Below, one piece after another: positions 1 to 5,887 of a DNA stretch of 5,997 nt. A program made the translations under genes and the position numbers. The stretch lies in IMG/VR virus record IMGVR_UViG_3300045988_098139, positions 1 through 5,997 of that record; one strand, given 5' to 3'. This DNA comes from a virus. Within the stretch, counting starts at the first letter, position 1; each line of letters begins with the position of its first letter. The notes under the pieces were generated by a model. The model was given only the letters and a program-made list of their open reading frames with translations, was not told the origin of the DNA and ran no database searches.

Positions 1-99
1 AAGAACCTTAGGTAAAAATACACTAGGCGACAACGATAAAATGAAAGTCGCAATGAGAGACTATGACATGTCTACTCATGATATATCAACAATATTCAG
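1..99. repeat. Terminal redundancy, copy 1: exact duplicate of 5899..5997 (overlap from a circular-genome assembly)
   Basis: Read base by base, aagaaccttaggtaaaaatacactaggcgacaacgataaaatgaaagtcgcaatgagagactatgacatgtctactcatgatatatcaacaatattcag occurs at both 1..99 and 5899..5997. The offset is 5898 nt. Confidence 0.97.
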
Positions 100-1969
100 A
101 AGTTCAATCGGCGTGGGAATGCTTGTACCATTCTGCAAAATACTTTGTCAAAAAGGAGACATCATCGATCTGAATTTAATCAATAAAACACTAAGCCAAC
201 CAACGTTAGGGCCGCTATTCGGATCATTCAAATTGCAACACTTCCTGTTTTTCGGAGGATTCCGGTTATATAATAGCTGGTTACACAATAACCGAACAGG
301 AATTGGTATGAAAATGAGTGACATCAAATTACCAATGATGAAGGCTGATACAACAGGTATAGCAGTATCAGCAACGACAAACATTTCAGCATCAGCGCTA
401 TATAAATATCTAGGCTGGAGTAAATCGAAAAGGCTAGGATCAAATGCAACAACAGGAGTATTAAAAAATGGAGTACCTCTACTCTTATACCTTGATATAT
501 TCAAGAATTTCTTCGCAAACACGCAAGAAAAGAAATTTTACATGCTAAAAGGAGCAGGAGAGGTATCACTAGACATAAAAAAAACCTACAATAACGAGAG
601 TGATGATGCAAATTATGTTATTGGAAAAAGTCAAAAAAGCATAGATATAACAACGACGACAACAATATCGACCAATCTATCAGACATCGATTTTCAAAGA
701 TTTTGGAACAGTATAAAAGTAACAATAACTGAAAGTGATGGAGGAATATACCATAAAACATTGGATAAGTTAACAACTAATCCAAAAAATGGAACAATCA
801 CATTAAACAATGTAACAGCAAATCCATACGCAACAATATTACAATTTTTCACGACAAAAGAAACGGCTAAATTTATCAAAACCCAATTAGGTCAATATGA
901 CTTAAAATTACTTGATCAGATCAGAGACGTAATTCTGCATACTAAAGGCAATACAACACTCACAATAACAGGAACAAGCTTCGGAGTAGAAAATAACGGA
1001 AGCGCAGAATTGTCAACTTTAATAAACGACATCATACTAAGCCAATCCAACAAACTAGGAGGAATGCTGCTAAAAACATACGACAGCGACATATTTAACA
1101 ACTGGATACAAACAGATTGGATCGATGGAACAGGAGGTATCTCAGAAATAACAAGTATTGATATATCAGCCAACGACGGAAAATTAACAATGGACGCGCT
1201 AAATCTTCAACAAAAAGTTTACAACATGTTAAACAGAATCGCGGTGTCGGGAGGTACGTACAGAGATTGGTTGGAGACAGTATATACAGCAGGTAAATAC
1301 CTTGACAGGCCGGAAACACCAGTATTTATCGGAGGTATGACACAATATATTGAATTCGACGAAGTTATCTCAAAAAGCGCGACAGAAACAGCATACGGAA
1401 GTCAACCACTTGGAGACATCGCAGCAATCGGAAGAGGAGGTAAACCGCTAAATAGCGGACACGTGCACTACCAATGCGAAGAACCAGGATACATCATGGG
1501 ATTGATGGCAATCACACCGATGGTCGACTACTCACAAGGCAACGACTTTGATCTAAACTTACAGACAATCGACGATCTACACAAACCAGCACTGGACGGA
1601 ATAGGATACCAAGACCTAATTCAAGAACAAATGGTGGGAGAAACATCCACATACAACGGAAGTCCATACATATCAAATATGATCCATAAAACAGCAAATA
1701 AAACAGTGGCTTGGATCGACTATATGACAAACTACAACCGTACATTCGGAGATTTTGCGGCCGGAGAAGCATTAGACTTCATGGTATTAAACAGACGATA
1801 CGAAGTAGTAAACGCCGGAATAACAGACCTAACTACTTACATTGATCCACAAAAATACATCGAAATCTTTGCAGACACATCAATCGACAGCCAGAATTTT
1901 TGGGTACAAACAGTGATACAAGCAACGAGACGAGGAAACTATAGTGCTAAACAAATTCCATTCTTATAA
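41..1969 (+). CDS. VP1: Major capsid protein VP1 (Microviridae F-like jelly-roll capsid protein). The ORF-track start at 41 is an artefact of linearisation: the frame is open from position 2 and the real start is ATG 5888 on the circle, giving about 659 aa.
   Basis: The N-terminus has the microvirus capsid signature (STHDIS..FRSS.G.GMLVPF....L.KGD, compare gokushovirus RS.FD.S...KTTF..G.L.P....VLPGD). A conserved central block LNLQQKVYNMLNRIAVSGGTYRDWLETVYT..LDRPETPVFIGG matches the family motif (G.RY.E......G......RPE..GG). It is the longest ORF and is immediately followed by the next gene. Confidence 0.95.
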   Translation: MKVAMRDYDMSTHDISTIFRSSIGVGMLVPFCKILCQKGDIIDLNLINKTLSQPTLGPLFGSFKLQHFLFFGGFRLYNSWLHNNRTGIGMKMSDIKLPMMKADTTGIAVSATTNISASALYKYLGWSKSKRLGSNATTGVLKNGVPLLLYLDIFKNFFANTQEKKFYMLKGAGEVSLDIKKTYNNESDDANYVIGKSQKSIDITTTTTISTNLSDIDFQRFWNSIKVTITESDGGIYHKTLDKLTTNPKNGTITLNNVTANPYATILQFFTTKETAKFIKTQLGQYDLKLLDQIRDVILHTKGNTTLTITGTSFGVENNGSAELSTLINDIILSQSNKLGGMLLKTYDSDIFNNWIQTDWIDGTGGISEITSIDISANDGKLTMDALNLQQKVYNMLNRIAVSGGTYRDWLETVYTAGKYLDRPETPVFIGGMTQYIEFDEVISKSATETAYGSQPLGDIAAIGRGGKPLNSGHVHYQCEEPGYIMGLMAITPMVDYSQGNDFDLNLQTIDDLHKPALDGIGYQDLIQEQMVGETSTYNGSPYISNMIHKTANKTVAWIDYMTNYNRTFGDFAAGEALDFMVLNRRYEVVNAGITDLTTYIDPQKYIEIFADTSIDSQNFWVQTVIQATRRGNYSAKQIPFL

Positions 1970-1971
1970 TT

Positions 1972-2310
1972 ATGAAAACAATTAACAAAATAAGAATAAA
2001 CAACTTCGAAGGAATGATCGAGATGACAGAAGAAGGTGAAACCTTAATCAAAAAAATCCAAAGAATTCTCGACGAAAACGAACCATTGACTGACGGAGCA
2101 CCCATGATCTATACACCTAAACAAGCGGGAGTAAGAGATGATTGTAATATACGAGCCGACAAATGGGCTATAGCCATGAACGCAATGGATAGAGTCAATA
2201 ACTACAAATTGAATGAATACCTCAAAAAGGGAGAAGCCGAAGCGCCAAGAACAGCCGAGGGTCAAACAGAAGGAGGAGTAACCGAACCAAATCCAACTAG
2301 AGACAACTAG
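1972..2310 (+). CDS. Small acidic protein (112 aa), possibly an internal scaffolding or assembly protein (VP3-like). The function is tentative.
   Basis: The ATG lies 2 nt after the VP1 stop, on the same strand. The segment EPLTDGAPMIYTPKQAGVRDDCNIRADKWAIAMNAMDRV resembles, from memory, a block conserved in small proteins next to VP1 in gut microviruses. The C-terminus is acidic and Pro/Glu-rich. An intrinsic terminator follows. Confidence 0.6.
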   Translation: MKTINKIRINNFEGMIEMTEEGETLIKKIQRILDENEPLTDGAPMIYTPKQAGVRDDCNIRADKWAIAMNAMDRVNNYKLNEYLKKGEAEAPRTAEGQTEGGVTEPNPTRDN

Positions 2311-2329
2311 TCGGGTACGACTACAAACA

Positions 2330-2402
2330 CTATATGCGAAAAGGGCGGATGTAAATTTTTATATCCGCTTTTTAAAGCCAAAAAAGCGCAGTACGCATAT
2401 AG
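2330..2402. repeat. 9-bp inverted repeat (ctatatgcg 2330..2338 / cgcatatag 2394..2402) enclosing the terminator hairpin. Together they form a nested stem-loop in ssDNA or RNA.
   Basis: The arms are exact reverse complements when read from the sequence. The pairing breaks at 2329/2403 and at 2339/2393. Confidence 0.8.
2343..2373 (+). terminator. Rho-independent terminator or attenuator downstream of VP1 and the 112-aa ORF
   Basis: The stem gcggat (2345..2350) pairs with atccgc (2363..2368) and can extend inward through a G-U pair and A-U pairs. It is followed directly by ttttt (2369..2373). The preceding gaaaa can pair with the T-run. Confidence 0.7.
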
Positions 2403-2417
2403 CATATTATATCAAGT
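2390..2417. other. dif-like 28-nt motif (candidate XerC/XerD recombination site or attP)
   Basis: An ungapped comparison of agtacgcatat-agcata-ttatatcaagt with E. coli dif GGTGCGCATAA-TGTATA-TTATGTTAAAT gives 8/11, 4/6 and 8/11 matches, 20/28 in total. The motif lies in a non-coding region. Confidence 0.3.
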
Positions 2418-2473
2418 AAATATAGGTAGCGCTTCTTCAAAAGTAAGCGCGAAGAATGTAAAAATTAATTATT

Positions 2474-3520
2474 ATGGGATTAGGAGCAAAACTAGCAGAT
2501 GCAGCAACCGCAGGACTAACAGGTGCTGTAACCGGAGGAATCGGATCAATAATCGGTGGTGGTCTAGGACTACTAGGAGGCCTATTCAAAAAAAACAATA
2601 ACGGCCTTAAAAACCAACAAAGACTAATGCAACAAGCATGGGAGTATGAAAAGGAAGGAATGGGACTGCAATATAATTACGGGCAACAAGCGGCAGACGC
2701 AGAATACAAAAGAAACCTTCAAATGTGGAAAGACACCAACTTTGGAGCGCAAAGGGCTGAAATGGAAGACGCAGGGCTAAGCGTAGGTCTTATGTACGGC
2801 AACGGAGGAGGACAAGCGGCAAGCACAGCAGGAGGAAATGCAACTCAACCAAATGCACCAAAAACCAATCCGGTGGAAGTAGCACTACAACAACAATCAC
2901 TAGGACTGCAATTAAAGCAAATAGAAGCCCAAAATCGACTCGCAAACGCTCAAGCGACCAAAACTATTGCCGAAGCCAATAAAATAGCAGGAGCGGACAC
3001 TAAAGGGCAAGAATTGCACAATAAATGGCAGGAAATTGAAAACAGAATCCAAACAAGTAGGGAAAGTATAGAGCAAAGTAATACGAAAGCAGCAGCAGCA
3101 AATGCAGACAAAGCAGTCGAAGATTGGAAAATATCTGTATTAGAAAGGGAATACCTAGACAATGTACAAGAAGAAAGAGTAACTCTTTTAGTGTCAGAAA
3201 TAGCAAAAATCCAAAAGGAAGGATCACTCGCAGAATCAGCTACAGATGTAAATTATCATACAGCAAGAAAAATCGAAAAAGAGGTAGAAAATTTCTATTA
3301 CGAAATGATCACAAGAAGAATGTCCGCAGAAGCTGCAAAAAAATCAGCGGAAAACATGCTCAAAAAAATCGAAAACGATTACAAGTTAGGATCTGATCAG
3401 AACTTAAGAGAATGGATTTACGGAGGAGTGGATAGAATAAATGGAATACTTGAAACTATCGTAAAATTCAAGAACGGAGCACAAATTCTAAAAAATATCG
3501 AAAAAAAAGTCAAGAAATAA
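2474..3520 (+). CDS. VP2: DNA pilot / minor capsid protein VP2 (phiX174 H-like)
   Basis: The N-terminus is Gly-rich and hydrophobic (GLTGAVTGGIGSIIGGGLGLLGGLF). A conserved block follows: QQRLMQQAWEYEKE...YKRNLQMWKDTNFGAQRAEMEDAGLSVGLMYG (compare the family motif ...AGLNP.L.Y). Next comes a Gly/Ala/Gln-rich linker, then a long Glu/Lys/Ala-rich segment that looks like a coiled coil. The position between capsid and Rep is typical. Confidence 0.85.
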   Translation: MGLGAKLADAATAGLTGAVTGGIGSIIGGGLGLLGGLFKKNNNGLKNQQRLMQQAWEYEKEGMGLQYNYGQQAADAEYKRNLQMWKDTNFGAQRAEMEDAGLSVGLMYGNGGGQAASTAGGNATQPNAPKTNPVEVALQQQSLGLQLKQIEAQNRLANAQATKTIAEANKIAGADTKGQELHNKWQEIENRIQTSRESIEQSNTKAAAANADKAVEDWKISVLEREYLDNVQEERVTLLVSEIAKIQKEGSLAESATDVNYHTARKIEKEVENFYYEMITRRMSAEAAKKSAENMLKKIENDYKLGSDQNLREWIYGGVDRINGILETIVKFKNGAQILKNIEKKVKK

Positions 3521-4560
3521 TGTGTTACTTCACCAAAAAAGTATTAAACAAGCGGTTTCTACCTAATCGGAAGAACAGGTGGAATCCGCCTGTATGTACA
3601 GACGAAAGATTCAGATACGTAGAAGTAGAATGCGGACACTGTTTCGAATGTCGTAAAAAAAAGAGAAGAGAATGGAGAATCAGAAACTACGAACAGCTAA
3701 AAGAAACACCTCATGCAGTATTTTTTACAGGAACAGTATCTCCACAAAGATATGAATATATTTGTAAAAGATACGGATTTAAAAATGACGGATCACAAGA
3801 CAACGAGATAATTACAAAAATACACAGATTATTCCTAGAAAGAATCAGAAAAGAAACGGGTAAATCAGTGAAACATTGGTGTGTAACAGAAAAAGGGCAC
3901 ACCAACACAAGAAGAATACATTTACACGGATTATACTATGCAAGAGAAGAACAAACAAAATGGCAATTAACGAAACTATTATACGAAAATTGGATAGACG
4001 GATACAAATACTATGGACGTTACGTTAACGAAAGAACAATAAACTATGTATCAAAATACATGACAAAAAAGGATAAAGACAACCCTGATTATATATCAAT
4101 AGTACTATGCAGCAAAGGACTTGGAGCGAATTACGCAAAGAGAAACCAATTAAAACACAGATGGAATAAAGAAAAAACAATCGTTACATATAAAGCACAT
4201 AACGGACAAGATTTACCATTACCAAGATACTACAAAACAACCATATACACAGATGAACAGAGACAATTATTGTGGCTATATGCCGAAAATAAAGGTGTGA
4301 AATGGGTAAACGGATTCGAAGTAATAGGAGCTAACACAGTGAACAAAGATTACTACGAAAGATTACTCAAAGAAAAAAATGAAAATGGAATCGGCTTGCA
4401 TGATGATAACATCGAGGAAATTGAAAGAAAAAAAGCGATCAATCGAATAAATAAGCTACAAAATCTGACAAACAGAAAGAAAGCACAACGAAGGCAGATC
4501 AAAAAAGAAGAGGAAGATATTATGTATCAATACTTATCAGCAGAGTATTGTCCCTTCTAG
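3520..4560 (+). CDS. VP4: Replication initiation protein VP4 (HUH superfamily rolling-circle endonuclease, phiX174 A-like)
   Basis: There is a Cys cluster CGHCFECRKKKRREW (nt 3631..) and an HUH motif RIHLHGLYY (His-Leu-His at 3919..3927). The two-tyrosine catalytic motif YVSKYMTK (4045..4068) parallels phiX174 YVAKYVNK. The start overlaps the VP2 stop in TAATG (3518..3522). Confidence 0.93.
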   Translation: MCYFTKKVLNKRFLPNRKNRWNPPVCTDERFRYVEVECGHCFECRKKKRREWRIRNYEQLKETPHAVFFTGTVSPQRYEYICKRYGFKNDGSQDNEIITKIHRLFLERIRKETGKSVKHWCVTEKGHTNTRRIHLHGLYYAREEQTKWQLTKLLYENWIDGYKYYGRYVNERTINYVSKYMTKKDKDNPDYISIVLCSKGLGANYAKRNQLKHRWNKEKTIVTYKAHNGQDLPLPRYYKTTIYTDEQRQLLWLYAENKGVKWVNGFEVIGANTVNKDYYERLLKEKNENGIGLHDDNIEEIERKKAINRINKLQNLTNRKKAQRRQIKKEEEDIMYQYLSAEYCPF

Positions 4561-4674
4561 TTTTCGTTTCACAAAAACGTCTTATCCGTAACGAACGGAC
4601 TACACTATGCAACAGGCTTATTTTAATTTTACAGGGAGAAAAACGTTAAGAAAAGTTATAAAAATCAGAGAAAA

Positions 4675-4705
4675 TTTGGAGAATCAGAAAAATCACATAC
4701 CTTTG
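4675..4705 (+). promoter_or_regulatory. Bacteroidetes-type sigma-A promoter: -33 TTTG (4675..4678), a 19-nt spacer, then -7 TAccTTTG (4698..4705). The predicted start site is at or near the A10 run 4712..4721.
   Basis: This is an exact match to the Bacteroides/Flavobacterium consensus TTTG-N19-21-TAnnTTTG. In my manual scan of + strand TTTG sites it was the only TAnnTTTG match. It sits in the largest non-coding region, upstream of the whole gene string. Confidence 0.6.
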
Positions 4706-4768
4706 TAGTGTAAAAAAAAAACAGAAATATTAACCGTTCCACGCAGAACATTAAAAACAAAAAAAATT

Positions 4769-5005
4769 ATGAACACTGAGAAAATTGCAAACGAACTTTA
4801 TGTAGAAGTTTACGCAACTAACAACAAAGGAATAACTATGATTATCAGAAAAATCATAGGAGAAGCAGGAGTACATGAAACATACATGGACATCTACGAC
4901 AAATTAACAAACATGGAAAAAAACGTAAAATGGGAGGTAAAACTATTCCGTGTAAGAAGTTTAAAAAATGCATATTACAACGAATATAAAGAAGAGGAGG
5001 TATAA
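4769..5005 (+). CDS. Hypothetical small protein (78 aa), first gene downstream of the predicted promoter
   Basis: It has an ATG start after an A-rich leader and lies on the + strand. Its stop is 2 nt before the next start, and its 3' end carries the SD for the next gene. I recognise no family. Confidence 0.6.
   Translation: MNTEKIANELYVEVYATNNKGITMIIRKIIGEAGVHETYMDIYDKLTNMEKNVKWEVKLFRVRSLKNAYYNEYKEEEV
4995..5000 (+). promoter_or_regulatory. Shine-Dalgarno site AGGAGG, 7 nt upstream of ATG 5008
   Basis: The junction aagaggaggtataattatggcag is nearly identical to the junction upstream of VP1. Confidence 0.6.
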
Positions 5006-5007
5006 TT

Positions 5008-5214
5008 ATGGCAGCAACAAATTGGACAATCGTAGCAAGAAAAAAATACGACGGAACAGTAGTAACATTTCCATTAACATCAAAATGGACATATAAAACA
5101 GCAGTAGCAATCGCAAATGAATCAACGGATAAAAACTCATTCGAAATTATATGCGTAGTAGAAACCAATAAAATAATGATAAAAAATGAGAAAGAAACAA
5201 AAAAAACAGAGTAG
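5008..5214 (+). CDS. Hypothetical small protein (68 aa) with a strong SD
   Basis: A perfect AGGAGG precedes the ATG and the gene is tightly packed with its neighbours. I recognise no family. Confidence 0.65.
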   Translation: MAATNWTIVARKKYDGTVVTFPLTSKWTYKTAVAIANESTDKNSFEIICVVETNKIMIKNEKETKKTE

Positions 5215-5452
5215 ATATATCTTTCGCAACAAAGAATTCAATACGTTTAAAGAATCAAAAACCTATGCCTATTTTAATATGAAAGTAGGAACAAAAGAAG
5301 AATTATTAGAGGTCATCGAAGATCAAATAATAAAAAAGTATGAATTAATTAAACAAGAAAGGAGGCTATTATGTACTAAAACTTACGATATAATCGAAAA
5401 ATACAAAAAATGGATAGAAAGTCTTCAACTAAAATTATTCAACAATGGATAA
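5186..5452 (+). CDS. Hypothetical small protein (88 aa as drawn). ATG 5279 is an alternative start that would give 58 aa.
   Basis: The ORF overlaps the preceding ORF by 29 nt within an A-rich run. The N-terminus MRKKQKKQSR is basic and the remainder looks helical and charged. Its stop overlaps the next start (ATGGATAA, 5445..5452). Confidence 0.5.
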   Translation: MRKKQKKQSRYIFRNKEFNTFKESKTYAYFNMKVGTKEELLEVIEDQIIKKYELIKQERRLLCTKTYDIIEKYKKWIESLQLKLFNNG

Positions 5453-5645
5453 AAAAAAAATCATTTACAAAATTATCGAGATCATTTGTACCGCAATTAT
5501 CAGTATTGCGGCAGTTCTAACAGCTCAAAGCTGTACAATGGCACTCAGCGTGAGTAAAAATAACAGCGGCAGTACTCAAAAAACCGAGCAAACAACGACT
5601 AGCTCAGTCGACAGTACACGAATCAATATTAACCAAAAAAAGTAA
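5445..5645 (+). CDS. Small membrane-anchored or lipoprotein-like protein (66 aa), the only predicted membrane protein in the genome
   Basis: It has a basic n-region (MDKKKIIYK) and a hydrophobic segment of about 18 aa (IIEIICTAIISIAAVLTA). These are followed by QS-C (Cys30, nt 5532..5534) and a polar Ser/Thr/Asn/Gln-rich tail. The start is coupled to the upstream stop. Confidence 0.6.
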   Translation: MDKKKIIYKIIEIICTAIISIAAVLTAQSCTMALSVSKNNSGSTQKTEQTTTSSVDSTRININQKK

Positions 5646-5650
5646 AAATC

Positions 5651-5884
5651 ATGAACTTAAAAGAAGCTTTCAAAATCAGAAAAAAAGACGTAGAATCAGA
5701 CGAAGTTATCATTACTATTGGTAATCACTTGGCCACTGAACAAGTATTTCAATCAGAAGAAGAAGCCCAAAAAGTAATCGACGCAACAGATTGGAATCTA
5801 GTAATAGCACTGATTTATGCATGCAAAGAGGCGGATGAATGGACAAAAAAGCAAAAAGAAACAACAAAAAAAGAGGAGGAATAA
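5651..5884 (+). CDS. Hypothetical small acidic protein (77 aa) immediately upstream of VP1
   Basis: It has an ATG start and an acidic, Glu-rich composition. Its last codons (aaa gag gag gaa taa) carry the SD for VP1. I recognise no family. Confidence 0.6.
   Translation: MNLKEAFKIRKKDVESDEVIITIGNHLATEQVFQSEEEAQKVIDATDWNLVIALIYACKEADEWTKKQKETTKKEEE
5874..5879 (+). promoter_or_regulatory. Shine-Dalgarno site AGGAGG, 8 nt upstream of ATG 5888 (the true VP1 start)
   Basis: The sequence reads aagaggaggaataaactatggcag. Confidence 0.65.
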
Positions 5885-5887
5885 ACT

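Noticed and set aside
3124-3396. A 90-aa, extremely basic (Arg/Lys-rich) + strand ORF embedded in an alternative frame of VP2. It is tempting as a phiX-style overlapping gene or a J-like DNA-binding protein.
   Set aside because: Its start is TTG, it contains no ATG at all, and it has no SD. It lies in the Glu/Lys/Ala-rich coiled-coil part of VP2, where T is scarce. A stop-free, Lys/Arg-rich alternative frame is therefore expected by composition alone. It would be worth revisiting only if the frame is conserved in relatives.
77-4535. AT-rich strings loosely resembling the phiX174 origin core (TTGATATTAATAAC): tgatatatcaac at 84..95 and gatattatg at 4514..4522
   Set aside because: Only 7 to 8 contiguous matching bases occur, in low-complexity AT-rich sequence, and Rep nick sites are not conserved between phiX-like and other microviruses. 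This is not evidence of an origin.
4561-4600. Two short hairpins just after the VP4 stop (cgttt/aaacg 4565..4579 and tccgt/acgga 4585..4599), considered as a terminator or a rolling-circle origin
   Set aside because: The stems are only 5 bp, with no T-run and no recognisable nick-site motif. That is too weak to call. The + strand origin remains unlocated.
3673-4690. An exact 14-nt direct repeat tggagaatcagaaa at 3673..3686 (inside VP4) and 4677..4690 (spanning the last T and the G of the -33 TTTG box and running into the promoter spacer)
   Set aside because: In a sequence this A-rich, roughly one 14-mer coincidence of this composition is expected in 6 kb by my rough estimate. There is no flanking similarity and no obvious functional logic.
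4607-4708. A 33-codon ATG ORF (MQQAYFNFTGRKTLRKVIKIRENLENQKNHIPL) in the main non-coding region. It is moderately basic and could be a J-like peptide.
   Set aside because: It has no ribosome-binding signal and lies upstream of, and overlapping, the predicted promoter. It is short enough to arise by chance in a T-poor sequence. I cannot support it from sequence alone.
148-5168. All minus-strand ORFs in the track (148..522, 694..879, 916..1173, 1095..1319, 1512..1772, 2044..2265, 2950..3162, 3000..3227, 3711..3908, 4854..5168)
   Set aside because: Each lies wholly inside a well-supported + strand gene or gene string. Their products are low-complexity and Leu/Phe/Ser/Ile-rich, as expected when the T-rich complement of an A-rich strand is translated. 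Microviruses transcribe only one strand. They are shadow ORFs.
5360-5379. A perfect AGGAGG, 5 nt, then ATG-TAC-TAA (a two-codon mini-ORF) inside the 88-aa ORF
   Set aside because: In the main frame the AGGAGG is simply the Arg-Arg codons (E R R L L). The out-of-frame ATG terminates after one more codon. This is most simply coincidence, though it could weakly sequester ribosomes.
5451-5460. The A10 run at the ORF 5186 / ORF 5445 junction, considered as a programmed slippage site that could fuse the two ORFs
   Set aside because: The upstream stop is T5450-A-A, which uses the start of the run itself. Adding or deleting A residues therefore leaves the TAA intact, and no fusion product results.
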